This document shows, one piece after another, positions 1 to 9,674 of a DNA stretch of 64,000 nucleotides. Made by a program: the position numbers and the translations under genes. Under the pieces are notes generated by a model that saw only the letters and a list, made by a program, of their open reading frames with translations, had not been told where the DNA came from and ran no database searches. The first letter of the stretch is position 1. Each line of letters opens with the position of its first letter. The DNA is from a virus (lineage: Duplodnaviria; Caudoviricetes), in IMG/VR virus record IMGVR_UViG_3300028602_000002, positions 32,001 through 96,000 of that record; one strand, written 5' to 3'.

Positions 1-8
1 GCAAAAAC

Positions 9-596
9 ATCGCTAAACTATACTATCGCTACGGAAGTATGGCTAGTGGTAAATCACTAGACATATATAAAATTTATGACAACTATAAGAGACAAGGAAA
101 GCAAGTTGTATGTTTAGTTCCTTCTTTAGTTGGAGAAATTAAATCTAGGATAAGTGAGTTGCGGGTTCCTTCTATTCTTGTCCATGATACCTCTGATATA
201 GAAATCATAGTTGCCAGATATTTACCTAATTGTGTATTAGTAGAAGAGGCACAGTTTTTAAGAAAAGAACATATTCTTCAACTAACTAAAGTAGTTGATA
301 TTTTTAATATTCCTGTTATAGCGTATGGGTTAAAAAATACTTATCAAAATACTTTATTTGAAGGAGCTTATTGGTTACTAGTGTATGCTGATAAAATAGA
401 AGAAATAAAAACAGTGTGTTATTTCTGTGATAGTAAAGCAACAATGGTTTTAAGACTTAAAGATGGAGAACCTACTTATGAGGGACCAGAAATTTCCCTT
501 AAGGGAGAAGAGGGAGTTGACTATTTTCCTACGTGTAGGAGATGTTATAGGAAACCTAATTTGAATAAAATACTTGGGAGGTTAATTAATGGGTGA
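9..596 (+). CDS. tdk: Thymidine kinase; the frame extends upstream of the called ATG at 39
   Basis: (I)AKLYYRYGSMASGKS P-loop, LVEEAQF, YGL, C-terminal CxxC..CxxC zinc site. The frame is open to the window edge, so the start is uncertain (ATC at 9 or further upstream). Confidence 0.9.
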   Translation: MAKLYYRYGSMASGKSLDIYKIYDNYKRQGKQVVCLVPSLVGEIKSRISELRVPSILVHDTSDIEIIVARYLPNCVLVEEAQFLRKEHILQLTKVVDIFNIPVIAYGLKNTYQNTLFEGAYWLLVYADKIEEIKTVCYFCDSKATMVLRLKDGEPTYEGPEISLKGEEGVDYFPTCRRCYRKPNLNKILGRLING

Positions 597-831
597 GGCA
601 ACCGTTAAATTTAAGAAAGAAGAAGTACTTGATTTCATTGATTTATTAATTAATTTCTGGAGAAGTCATCGTGATAAATATGCTGAGAAAGAGAATATAG
701 ATTTAAAGGAAGTTTACAAGGAGGGTAGTTTTGATAATCTACCTCTTGAGGTTTTAAAAGGTATTTGTTATATTGATGCTTATCAAAGTATGAGGGCATC
801 TCTTTTTGGGGATATTTTAGAAGAGAAATAA
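589..831 (+). CDS. Hypothetical phage protein (80 aa)
   Basis: ORF with GGGAGG RBS, overlapping the end of tdk. Confidence 0.7.
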   Translation: MGEATVKFKKEEVLDFIDLLINFWRSHRDKYAEKENIDLKEVYKEGSFDNLPLEVLKGICYIDAYQSMRASLFGDILEEK

Positions 832-851
832 TTTAAAAGGAGATATATACA

Positions 852-1019
852 ATGAAAGATAAGTGGCCAAAACCAACTCAAGAAACTCCTGACTTAGGAA
901 CAATAAGAGATTGGGTTTATGACAGTGTCTGTGAAGCTACAGATGGATGTATAGTTGAACCTGATGGGGTGTGTCCACATGGACACCCCAGTTGGTTAAT
1001 GAAGTTAGGTATTATTTAA
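852..1019 (+). CDS. Small Cys/His-rich protein (55 aa), absent from the ORF track
   Basis: AAGGAG RBS; MKDKWPKPTQETPDLGTIRDWVYDSVCEATDGCIVEPDGVCPHGHPSWLMKLGII*. Confidence 0.8.
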   Translation: MKDKWPKPTQETPDLGTIRDWVYDSVCEATDGCIVEPDGVCPHGHPSWLMKLGII

Positions 1020-1039
1020 GAAGTTATAGGAGTGAGTTA

Positions 1040-1786
1040 ATGACTAATGAAAAACAGTTTGATATAGGGATTGTTACTACAGTTTGGGGAGATTATGGAA
1101 AGTATCTCCCAGAGTGGGCGAGTAGTATTTGTCAGCAAACTGTTAAACCTAAGATAGTAACGCTTGTAGTTGCGGGAGAAACTCCTAATAATGCTCCTAA
1201 GATTTGGAGAGAGAAGTGTGTTCCTCTATTTAATGAAAAAGAAATTGCTTATCAAATAAAAATATTACCTGAACATAAAGGTATGGGATATGCTCGCAAT
1301 GCCGCCGTAAGAGAAACTGAAACTAAATGGATTATGCATTTAGATGTAGATGATTTATTATTGCCATTTGCAATTTATGAATTATCAATTTTATCAAAAG
1401 ATGCTGATGTAATAGTGCCTGGGGTGAGAAAAGAGACAATGTCAGGTGAATTAATTTATGAGAAGATTTTTACTAATAAAAAACTTCCTTCTTTGGAAAG
1501 GATAAGTAAAGGCAAAGGATCAGGCTCTTCTATGAATACTTATCGTCGTTCTTTTTGGGAGAAGCAACCATATATTGAAGAGAATGAGTTTGTTGTAACT
1601 AGTCTACTGATTGGGTTTTTACATTTAGGCGCTAGAGTTAAAGCCACTGATAAAGCATGTTGTATTTGGAGATTCAGAGAAGACTCTCATTGGCACTTTG
1701 ATTTGTCTTCTAAAAAAAGAATTGCTGCTAAAGAGCAAAATATTAAACTAATAGCTTCTCTTGATAATTTTAAAGAACTTCGATAA
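1040..1786 (+). CDS. GT2-family (GT-A fold) glycosyltransferase
   Basis: GMGYARNAAV and WIMHLDVDD (DxD) motifs. Start moved to ATG 1040 after AGGAGTGA because 971-1019 is occupied by the upstream small gene. Confidence 0.85.
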   Translation: MTNEKQFDIGIVTTVWGDYGKYLPEWASSICQQTVKPKIVTLVVAGETPNNAPKIWREKCVPLFNEKEIAYQIKILPEHKGMGYARNAAVRETETKWIMHLDVDDLLLPFAIYELSILSKDADVIVPGVRKETMSGELIYEKIFTNKKLPSLERISKGKGSGSSMNTYRRSFWEKQPYIEENEFVVTSLLIGFLHLGARVKATDKACCIWRFREDSHWHFDLSSKKRIAAKEQNIKLIASLDNFKELR

Positions 1787-1800
1787 AGGAGGAGAATTTA

Positions 1801-3861
1801 ATTAGAATATTACATGAAAATTGTATAGGGTGTGGATCTTGTTTTAATCGTTGTAAATTAAATGCCATACAAATGAAATTTAACTTTGAAGGATTTTATT
1901 CTGCCTATGTTGATGATAGTTTATGTGTAAATTGTGCAGAGTGTTATAACTATTGTCCTTTAGTTAACAATAATTTAAAGTATAGTGATGAATATGAGTT
2001 TTATGTAGGTCAAAACTTAAATGATGAAATAAGAATGAATAGTTCTTCAGGTGGTATTTTTCATTCTATAGCAAAAACTATATTACAAAAGAATGGTGTG
2101 GTATTTGGGGTTGGTTATAATGAAAGTATGGAAGTTGTTCATTTAGAGGTTGATGACATTAGTGGGTTGAGTAAAATTATGGGTTCTAAGTATGTTCAAA
2201 GTCAAACAGGAACAACTTATGAAAGAGTTGAAAATCTTTTACAGGAAAATAAATTAGTTATGTACAGCGGGACTCCTTGTCAAATAGCTGGATTAAAAAA
2301 GTTTTTAGATAAAAACTATGATAATCTTTATACTGTATCAGTTGTTTGTTTTGGAGTTTCTCCACCACAGTTTTTTCAAGAATACATAAACTATTTAGAA
2401 GAATTTTATAATAATAAAATTATAGATTATAATTTTAGATATAGGGTAAAGAATTGGTTAGACTTTGGTACTAAAATATTTTTCCAGAATGGTATGACTA
2501 AGACATGGTCAAGAAAAGATTCTTTTTATTTCTATTGGTTTTCACAGAGATTGTATTTATCAAAAAATTGTAGTGATTGTCAATTTAGAATGAATAATGT
2601 GCAGTCAGATATTTGGTTAGGAGATTTCTGGAAATTTAAAAAAGGTTATGAAAAACTAGTGGACTTTAAAGGAACATCTATAATTTGTGTTAATAAAAGA
2701 AGTAAAAACTTATTTACTAACGAGATAAAAAAGTCTAAGATTGATTACTCACAAGGAAAGAAAAGAACTCCTAATATGTATTCTTCTAGGAAATCTCATT
2801 TAGATAGAAAAAACTTTTTTACTAAATGGAAGAGTGAAGGGTTTTATTCTGTATATCTATCATACCTAAGGAAACATTTAAATAAAAATAAAATAGGTAT
2901 CTTTACATTATTTGGTTATTCAAATTATGGAAATCGTTTACAAAATTTTGCTTTACAGCAATTTTTATTACAGTTTGGTTTTGATGTGGAAACAATTGTT
3001 GTACATAATGTTAAGGAAGTAAATCCTTACCTCAAACAATTTAATGATAAATATATTAAAACCAGGTTTATAGAAAGTAAAGATATTAATAAAGTAAAAG
3101 AAGAATATGATTTTTTTATAGTTGGTAGTGATCAAGTATTTAATCATAATTTTAAATCTTTTAAAAATATGAATTTATTTGAAAACTTAAAATCTATTCC
3201 ATCAAATAAATTATTGACATTTTCTGCTAGTTTTGGAGTTGATGATATTCCTTCTACTTTAAAAGGTAAATTCAATGAACATTTAAAACACTATTCTAAT
3301 ATTTCTGTTCGAGAGAATAAAGGCCAGGAAATAGTAAGCAATATATTAAATAAAGAACCTGATATACTAGCTGATCCTGTTTTATTAATTAACAATGATT
3401 GGAATAAATTAGCTTCTTATAAATTTAAGGATAAAAATTCTTATGCTTTTTCATTTTTTCTTAAAAAGAATCCTTACTTAAAGCAAATAAATAATATTTG
3501 TAATCAGTATAATTTAGATTTATTCAATGAAAATACATTATCAGTAGTAGATTTTTTAAGTGCTATTAAATATTCTTCATTAGTTATAACAAATAGTTAT
3601 CATGTAGTTATTTTATCTATTATATTTCAAGTACCATTTTTATTGGTAGAAAATAGAGAGCAAATGACTTCTAGGTTTGATACATTATTATATAACTTTG
3701 GACTACAGGATAGAAAGATAATGGTAGATGAATATCCAGTTATTAATTTATTAGAAATTGATTACAGTAGTAATAATAAAATATTATCTACTGAAAAAGA
3801 TAAAGCAATTAAATTTTTAATAAAAGCCATAGGAATGGAGGACAAATATGATAAACCCTAA
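1801..3861 (+). CDS. Fusion of 2x[4Fe-4S] ferredoxin, FrhB/FdhB-like domain and polysaccharide pyruvyltransferase
   Basis: CIGCGSCFNRC (in frame, upstream of called ATG 1873) and CVNCAECYNYCP; SSSGG, GSKYVQS, GTPCQIAGL, DIWLGDFW; C-terminal half NYGNRLQ, VGSDQVFN, ISVRE, DPVLL, TNSYH. Confidence 0.85.
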   Translation: MRILHENCIGCGSCFNRCKLNAIQMKFNFEGFYSAYVDDSLCVNCAECYNYCPLVNNNLKYSDEYEFYVGQNLNDEIRMNSSSGGIFHSIAKTILQKNGVVFGVGYNESMEVVHLEVDDISGLSKIMGSKYVQSQTGTTYERVENLLQENKLVMYSGTPCQIAGLKKFLDKNYDNLYTVSVVCFGVSPPQFFQEYINYLEEFYNNKIIDYNFRYRVKNWLDFGTKIFFQNGMTKTWSRKDSFYFYWFSQRLYLSKNCSDCQFRMNNVQSDIWLGDFWKFKKGYEKLVDFKGTSIICVNKRSKNLFTNEIKKSKIDYSQGKKRTPNMYSSRKSHLDRKNFFTKWKSEGFYSVYLSYLRKHLNKNKIGIFTLFGYSNYGNRLQNFALQQFLLQFGFDVETIVVHNVKEVNPYLKQFNDKYIKTRFIESKDINKVKEEYDFFIVGSDQVFNHNFKSFKNMNLFENLKSIPSNKLLTFSASFGVDDIPSTLKGKFNEHLKHYSNISVRENKGQEIVSNILNKEPDILADPVLLINNDWNKLASYKFKDKNSYAFSFFLKKNPYLKQINNICNQYNLDLFNENTLSVVDFLSAIKYSSLVITNSYHVVILSIIFQVPFLLVENREQMTSRFDTLLYNFGLQDRKIMVDEYPVINLLEIDYSSNNKILSTEKDKAIKFLIKAIGMEDKYDKP

Positions 3862-4777
3862 GCTGTTATATTTTGGATTTCAGCACATTGATACTGTTGA
3901 CTTATTTGGAGATTACTATCATACAGTAAAGATGGAAGATACTCCACATTATAAATTTTTATTAGGAGATACACAACCATATAGGGAATACATTAAAAGA
4001 AGTTTTAATTATTATAATATAAATACTAGTGTTGATGATAAGGTTAAGGTATTTATTAACTTATTAGAGGATATTAAAAATAATGGTTGTAAAAATCCTA
4101 TTAAAGTAGTTAAAAGATTTGATGGTAAATTTTTAAGTGTTGGTGGACAGCATCGAGCTGCTATTAGTTTATACTTAAATAGAGAAGTTCCTGCTAAAGT
4201 GTTAAAATTGGATAAGTACATAACTAAAGTTGCTAATGTTCCAGGTTCAGAGTTTGGGATGAGAAGTAGCGGAACTCCTTATCATAGCCTCTTTTATAAT
4301 GGAAAAGAATTGATAAAGGGTAGGAGAAGAGATACTTTAAAAAGAATGTTAATGATAGATAAGAAAGATATAGAAAATAAAATTATTTTAGACGTTGGGT
4401 GTAATATTGGTGCTGCGACGGTTTTAGCTTCACAATATGGTGCCGCCAAAGTGTGGGGAATAGATGTTGATAAGGAGCTTTTAACTGCTGCCATAAGGTT
4501 GAATACCTTATTTGGCTTCTCTTGTTATTATAAAAATATTAATGTTGGGAGGTTCCCACTCCCTAAATGTGATACTGCTTTTGTATTTGCTGTTGATCAA
4601 CATATTAATGATGATGAAGGACTATCTAGATCTTTACAAGAAAGTGTGTCAGAAATTGTTTATTTTGAAACTCATAAAAAAAGTTCAATGCCAGTTTTAA
4701 TTAAGGAGATTTTTAAACAAATTGATTTAGTGGGGAAATTGGGTAGTCGAAAGTTATATAGAGCTGAAATGAAATGA
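3848..4777 (+). CDS. ParB/Srx-like N-terminal domain fused to a class I SAM-dependent methyltransferase
   Basis: DIKNNG..NPIKV....VGGQHRAA (ParB-like); ILDVGCNIG and VWGIDVD (SAM motifs I/II). Confidence 0.75.
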   Translation: MINPKLLYFGFQHIDTVDLFGDYYHTVKMEDTPHYKFLLGDTQPYREYIKRSFNYYNINTSVDDKVKVFINLLEDIKNNGCKNPIKVVKRFDGKFLSVGGQHRAAISLYLNREVPAKVLKLDKYITKVANVPGSEFGMRSSGTPYHSLFYNGKELIKGRRRDTLKRMLMIDKKDIENKIILDVGCNIGAATVLASQYGAAKVWGIDVDKELLTAAIRLNTLFGFSCYYKNINVGRFPLPKCDTAFVFAVDQHINDDEGLSRSLQESVSEIVYFETHKKSSMPVLIKEIFKQIDLVGKLGSRKLYRAEMK

Positions 4778-5421
4778 TAAAAATTCCTAAAATTATTCAT
4801 TTTATTTGGGTAGGTACAAAACCTTTTCCTTTTGATAAGAATATTAAAATTTGGAAATCTTATCATTTAGATTGGAAATTTAATTTGTGGACTGATAGTA
4901 ATATTCCTCTATTATATAATCAGGATATCTATAACAAAGTTCCTATTGAAGCTATTAAAGCTGATATTTTAAGGATTGAATTATTATATAACTATGGAGG
5001 GATTTATATTGATGTTGATAGTTGGTGCTTAAAATCTATAAATCCTTTAATTGATAATTTAACTTTATTTAGCAGTACCACTAGAGGGAAAAGCAGAAGA
5101 GTTAATAATGGGTTTTTAGGAAGCGTAATTAATCACCCAGCTTACTATGAGGCAGTTTATAGTTTACCTGTTTATTGGGAGAATTTACAAAAACAAATGA
5201 AACAATTTCCTATATATTGTTTTGGTGGGACTCAGTATCTACATAATATTTTAACTAAGTATAATGACTTTGTACAAATTGATAAGAATAAAAAAGAAGA
5301 GAGAGGTCGATTTATTTGTTCTTCTGTTGCATCAACAAATGAAACATATATAGTACAAAATTATGCTGGTACATGGAAAAAGAAAATGTTACCAGGGAAG
5401 AAATGGAAGGTGATTAAGTGA
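4774..5421 (+). CDS. GT32/OCH1-like DxD glycosyltransferase
   Basis: IPKIIHFIWVG, KADILRIELLYNYGGIYIDVD, NNGFLGS. Confidence 0.9.
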   Translation: MIKIPKIIHFIWVGTKPFPFDKNIKIWKSYHLDWKFNLWTDSNIPLLYNQDIYNKVPIEAIKADILRIELLYNYGGIYIDVDSWCLKSINPLIDNLTLFSSTTRGKSRRVNNGFLGSVINHPAYYEAVYSLPVYWENLQKQMKQFPIYCFGGTQYLHNILTKYNDFVQIDKNKKEERGRFICSSVASTNETYIVQNYAGTWKKKMLPGKKWKVIK

Positions 5422-6089
5422 TAGTTATTATTTTAGCTGGCGGGAAAGCTAAGAGATGGAAGAATTATATGGGGATTGAAAATAAATATTTAGTTGAAAT
5501 AGATGGAGAACCAGTTTACTTAAGAACAATTAGACTACTTAAAGAACTAGGGATTGAAAAATTTTACTTATCCTCAAATAATGAAAAACTTAAAATTCAT
5601 CCTGAATACCATCAAGCCACTTATAAATCAGGTACAGATTTAGATAGATTTTATGATACTCAAGAAATATGGAATAATTCAAAAGAAGATGTATTATTTC
5701 TTTATGGAGATGTGTACTATACTAAACAAGCATTAAAAATAATTTGTGAAACTCCTGCTAAGCCAAAATTTGTTACCTTTGGAAGATATCGTAATAAAAA
5801 ATATCCTGGTGAAAAAGCTAATGAGATTTTTGCTTTAAAAATAAAAGATAAAAAATTATTTAAGCAATCTTTAGCAAAAGCGGAAAAGATGTTTAAAGAA
5901 GGTAAGATTAAAGCGGCGCAAGGTTGGCAAGTTCATAGATTAATGTTGAATATACAACCAACAAGGGGAGGTAAACCAAATTTAAGGAACTTTGTTTCTA
6001 TTGAAGATATAACTACTGATTTTGATAAAGGCAAAGATTATGAAATATGGATGGAGCAAACTCAAGGCTTAAGAGATAAATATGAGTAA
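5418..6089 (+). CDS. NTP-transferase (sugar/alcohol-phosphate nucleotidyltransferase family)
   Basis: IILAGGKAKRW..K.LVEIDGEP, LFLYGDV, TDFD. Confidence 0.8.
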   Translation: MIVIILAGGKAKRWKNYMGIENKYLVEIDGEPVYLRTIRLLKELGIEKFYLSSNNEKLKIHPEYHQATYKSGTDLDRFYDTQEIWNNSKEDVLFLYGDVYYTKQALKIICETPAKPKFVTFGRYRNKKYPGEKANEIFALKIKDKKLFKQSLAKAEKMFKEGKIKAAQGWQVHRLMLNIQPTRGGKPNLRNFVSIEDITTDFDKGKDYEIWMEQTQGLRDKYE

Positions 6090-6244
6090 TTTAGCAGCTT
6101 ATTTGAAGATGTCTATAAGGATAATAAGCAGAAAATATACCATATTTACATATGGGAAAAATTAAGCGGAAGAAGTAGCCACTTATTTTACAACTAAAGA
6201 ATTAATTTAACCCAGCTTAGTTGTCATCCAAGACATTTTAAGCT

Positions 6245-6284
6245 AGCCCAGAAGCACAATTTTGTGCGACTGGGCTTTTCTTTT
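6245..6284 (+). terminator. Rho-independent terminator
   Basis: AGCCCAG..GCACAA-TT-TTGTGC..CTGGGCT followed by TTTCTTTT. Confidence 0.7.
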
Positions 6285-6410
6285 GTGCTGACTTCTTATA
6301 TAAGGTGAAAATTTCTGCGGTGACTACTGAGGCACATCTCTCGTTGCTATATATATATAAGAATAATAATATGTCCATTTATGCTTAATTGGGAAGAAAG
6401 GAGCCCTACA

Positions 6411-6788
6411 ATGACACAAGGAATATATGAGATTTATTGCCTTAGTAATCATCGGCGTTACATAGGAAGTTCACGCAATATTGAGAAAAGATGGGAGAAT
6501 CATATTAGTTCATTGAATAATAATTCTCACCATAATCATTATTTACAAAAAGCTTGGATGAATTATGGAGAAGGTAATTTTGTTTTTTGTATTTTAGAAG
6601 AAGTTAACGAAGAAAGTAATTTATTTAAAACAGAAGAGAAATATATTAAGAAATTTAAGTTTAATAGATTATTTAATATTATGAGAAAGCCTGGAGCAGT
6701 CCCTAAAAAAACTAGTAAGTGGGCTAAAATAAAAGAGAAGCGAGATAAGGAAAGAGAGAAAGAAGAGTTTGCTTGGGGAGTTAATTAA
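6411..6788 (+). CDS. Free-standing GIY-YIG endonuclease
   Basis: GIYEIYC...RRYIGSS..I.KRW..H, E..YI, FNI; AGGAG RBS before ATG 6411. Confidence 0.85.
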   Translation: MTQGIYEIYCLSNHRRYIGSSRNIEKRWENHISSLNNNSHHNHYLQKAWMNYGEGNFVFCILEEVNEESNLFKTEEKYIKKFKFNRLFNIMRKPGAVPKKTSKWAKIKEKRDKEREKEEFAWGVN

Positions 6789-6803
6789 AAGGAGGAGAGA
6801 ATA

Positions 6804-7964
6804 ATGAAGATAGATTTTATTGCTTCAGAACAGCACTTTTGCTCTCATTTAAAACCTATATGGGATAATTTACCAATAGATATAAAAGGAAATTTTTATA
6901 TTAGGTCTAATTTAAAATTAGATATTCCATATCTTTATAAGAAACCATTCAGTACTACATCAGTTTTGGTTAGAAAACTACAAGAAAGAGATAGTAATAA
7001 TTTTATTTTAGGTGCTGGCTATGGAGAAGTATCAAAGCTTAAGCAACATCCTTTCCCAATGATTCTAACGGAGCATGGAGCAGGGCAAAAGTATTTATCT
7101 GATCATCCTTCATATTCTAGTGGTAAGGGATTTAAACATAATGTTTACCTTTTCTTGTCACCAAATGATTTTAATGCTACTGGTCATAAGGAAAATTATC
7201 CTAATACTCCAGTAGAAATTATTGGCTGCCCTAAGTTAGATCAGTGGATTTTTACTCCAAAACCTAAAAATGATATTCCTGTTGTTTGTATATCTTTTCA
7301 TTGGGATTGTCATATTGTTCCTGAAACCAGAAGTACGTGGGACTATTATAAGGATAGCTTAAATGAATTAATAAGTGCTAAGGAATTTAAATTAATTGGT
7401 CATGCTCATCCTAGAATTTTTAAAAAAGTTAAAAAAGTGTATGATGAGTTGGGTATTGAAATTTATGAAAATTTTGATGACGTAATCAATTTAGCTGATG
7501 TCTATGTTTGCGATAATAGTTCTACTATTTTTGAGTTTGCTGCTCTTGATCGTCCAGTAGTTATATTAAATGCTCCTTTTTATCGTAGAAGTGTAGAACA
7601 TGGATTAAGATTTTGGGAGTATAGTGATATTGGTTTTAATTGTAATGAGCCATCTGAGCTTTATGAAACAATATTAAAAACAATTAACCAAGATGAATTA
7701 AAAGCGAATAGAAGAAAAGAGATAGTAGAAAAAATTTATCCTTATAAGGGATACGCTAGTCAAATAGCTGTAGGGAAATTATTATCTTTTATTAAAAATT
7801 TTCCTTATACTTCTCTTGAATTAGAAAAGGATTTGAAAAGAAGGTTGTATAATTATCGTCATTCAATTAATCATTTATATACCAGAAAGGGTCAAGATTA
7901 TATGCAATATATTAAAAAATCAAATCAAAAAATCCATGATTTAAAAAGAAGAGAAAGACTATAA
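6804..7964 (+). CDS. TagF/TagB-like (CDP-glycerol glycerophosphotransferase family, GT-B fold) transferase
   Basis: EHG, GCPKLD, HPR, ADVYVCDNSSTIFEFAALDRPVVIL. Confidence 0.7.
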   Translation: MKIDFIASEQHFCSHLKPIWDNLPIDIKGNFYIRSNLKLDIPYLYKKPFSTTSVLVRKLQERDSNNFILGAGYGEVSKLKQHPFPMILTEHGAGQKYLSDHPSYSSGKGFKHNVYLFLSPNDFNATGHKENYPNTPVEIIGCPKLDQWIFTPKPKNDIPVVCISFHWDCHIVPETRSTWDYYKDSLNELISAKEFKLIGHAHPRIFKKVKKVYDELGIEIYENFDDVINLADVYVCDNSSTIFEFAALDRPVVILNAPFYRRSVEHGLRFWEYSDIGFNCNEPSELYETILKTINQDELKANRRKEIVEKIYPYKGYASQIAVGKLLSFIKNFPYTSLELEKDLKRRLYNYRHSINHLYTRKGQDYMQYIKKSNQKIHDLKRRERL

Positions 7965-7988
7965 TAGAATAAAGAGGTGGTGAGACTA

Positions 7989-8273
7989 ATGGGAGGTATC
8001 AAAAGAGGTTCAGAAAGAGTTTTAACTGAAAAGGTTTTCTTAGATGCCCTAAAGGAAATTAGTGAAGCTGGGAATATAGAAGAAAAAATAGAAGAAATTA
8101 AAACAATATTACAACAAATAGAAATCAATACTATTCCTTTAGAGGAATTAGATTTTAGAGGGCTAGAAGAAGATAAGCCAGAAGCCAATGAAGTTATGGT
8201 TGGAACTACCTATTGGTCAGTTGACACTGGAGAAGTTGAAGTTTCTAATGGAACTGACTGGGTGGTGATATAA
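7989..8273 (+). CDS. Small virion/fibre-associated protein
   Basis: C-terminal RGLEEDKP...GTTYWSVDTGEV..NGTDW motif resembles phage fibre modules; abuts the collagen gene. Confidence 0.55.
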   Translation: MGGIKRGSERVLTEKVFLDALKEISEAGNIEEKIEEIKTILQQIEINTIPLEELDFRGLEEDKPEANEVMVGTTYWSVDTGEVEVSNGTDWVVI

Positions 8274-9674
8274 TTGGATCCAGTAACACTAGTATTAGCG
8301 AGAAAATATACGGACTCAAAAGTATTTGTTTGGCTGAGTGGAGAAGGTTCTCCTAGTGATGAAATTGGAAAAGAAGGAGATTATTATTTAGATACAGTTA
8401 ATGGCGACATTTATGAAAAAGGGGAAACTCAATGGTCTAATGTTGGCAATATAAAAGGGCCTATTGGTAACCAAGGTATTCAAGGACTTCAAGGTGAAAA
8501 AGGAGACGCTCCAGAACATCAATGGAGTGCAACTAGTCTTAGATTTATGTTACCTGATGGCTCTTGGGGAACTTTTACTGATTTAAAAGGTCAACAAGGA
8601 AATCAGGGACCTGAGGGACCAAGAGGAATTCAGGGAGAACCAGGTATTCAAGGAGATGAGGGGGAAACTGGTCCTCCTGGACCACAAGGACCACCTGGAC
8701 CACCAGGTTCTAAAGGTGATAAGGGTGATCCTGGTGAGGATGGAATGAGTTTTATTCCAGATGAATATGGAGTTTTAGATGAAGCTAAGATTGCTGAGAT
8801 AGAGAGTGATTATGGAGCTACTATAACAGGATGGTATATTTTCATCGTAACTACTGACGAAAGAGTTGATAAGACAACTCCTATAGATCAAGAACTTGAT
8901 GGTTACATTATTGGATATGACTCTGATACTGGGGAATGGCATGCATTCAGTCCTTTTATAGGAACACCTGGAGAGAAAGGTGAAAAAGGAGACACTGGGG
9001 ATCCATTCGTTATACATGCTTCAGGACCTCTGTCTGAACTTGAGAACTATGATGCTGAAGCTAAAGCATTTGTTTACTATGCAGAAGATACTGGTGATGT
9101 ATATATAAAAATGTCTGGAGCTAACGCTGATTGGAGTCCTCCTTATCCTTTTAGAGGACCTAAGGGAGATCAAGGAATTCAAGGTTCTATTGGAGCAACT
9201 GGACCACAAGGACCTACAGGGCAACAAGGTATCCAAGGTATCCAAGGTGAACCTGGTCCACAAGGTGATCAGGGACCTAAAGGGGATAAGGGAGATACTG
9301 GTGATGATGCTAAACTTATCTACAGTCAAATAGAATTAGTTGATGTTGTAGCTAGTCAACAAAATCCTCATATTGAAGAAATAGTAACATCTTTTAACGC
9401 ACCATTTAATTTGCCACCAGTTGAAATTTTAAAATACTATGAAGGCACATACGAAGGTAATGAACCATTAGATCCTGTAGATGAAGATGATTATGAGGAA
9501 CCTACTGAATTTGTGGAATTTGTTAAAGAGCATGTGAACGCTATTAAATTAAGAAATAAGTATAGAAAAGGTATGAAAGATGAGGGTAAAAGAGGCAACG
9601 GAAATCTTTTTTCAGCCCCCGTTAGACTTGGACAACTTAAAAAAATTACTGAACTGGGGGTGGGTAAGAAGTGA
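8274..9674 (+). CDS. Collagen-like (Gly-X-Y) fibre protein
   Basis: Four Gly-X-Y tracts separated by small globular modules (e.g. WLSGEGSPSDEIGKEGDYYLDT). Confidence 0.85.
   Translation: MDPVTLVLARKYTDSKVFVWLSGEGSPSDEIGKEGDYYLDTVNGDIYEKGETQWSNVGNIKGPIGNQGIQGLQGEKGDAPEHQWSATSLRFMLPDGSWGTFTDLKGQQGNQGPEGPRGIQGEPGIQGDEGETGPPGPQGPPGPPGSKGDKGDPGEDGMSFIPDEYGVLDEAKIAEIESDYGATITGWYIFIVTTDERVDKTTPIDQELDGYIIGYDSDTGEWHAFSPFIGTPGEKGEKGDTGDPFVIHASGPLSELENYDAEAKAFVYYAEDTGDVYIKMSGANADWSPPYPFRGPKGDQGIQGSIGATGPQGPTGQQGIQGIQGEPGPQGDQGPKGDKGDTGDDAKLIYSQIELVDVVASQQNPHIEEIVTSFNAPFNLPPVEILKYYEGTYEGNEPLDPVDEDDYEEPTEFVEFVKEHVNAIKLRNKYRKGMKDEGKRGNGNLFSAPVRLGQLKKITELGVGKK

Noticed and set aside
6082-6165. 27 aa ORF after the nucleotidyltransferase
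   Set aside because: Weak RBS, no recognisable features; cannot be supported
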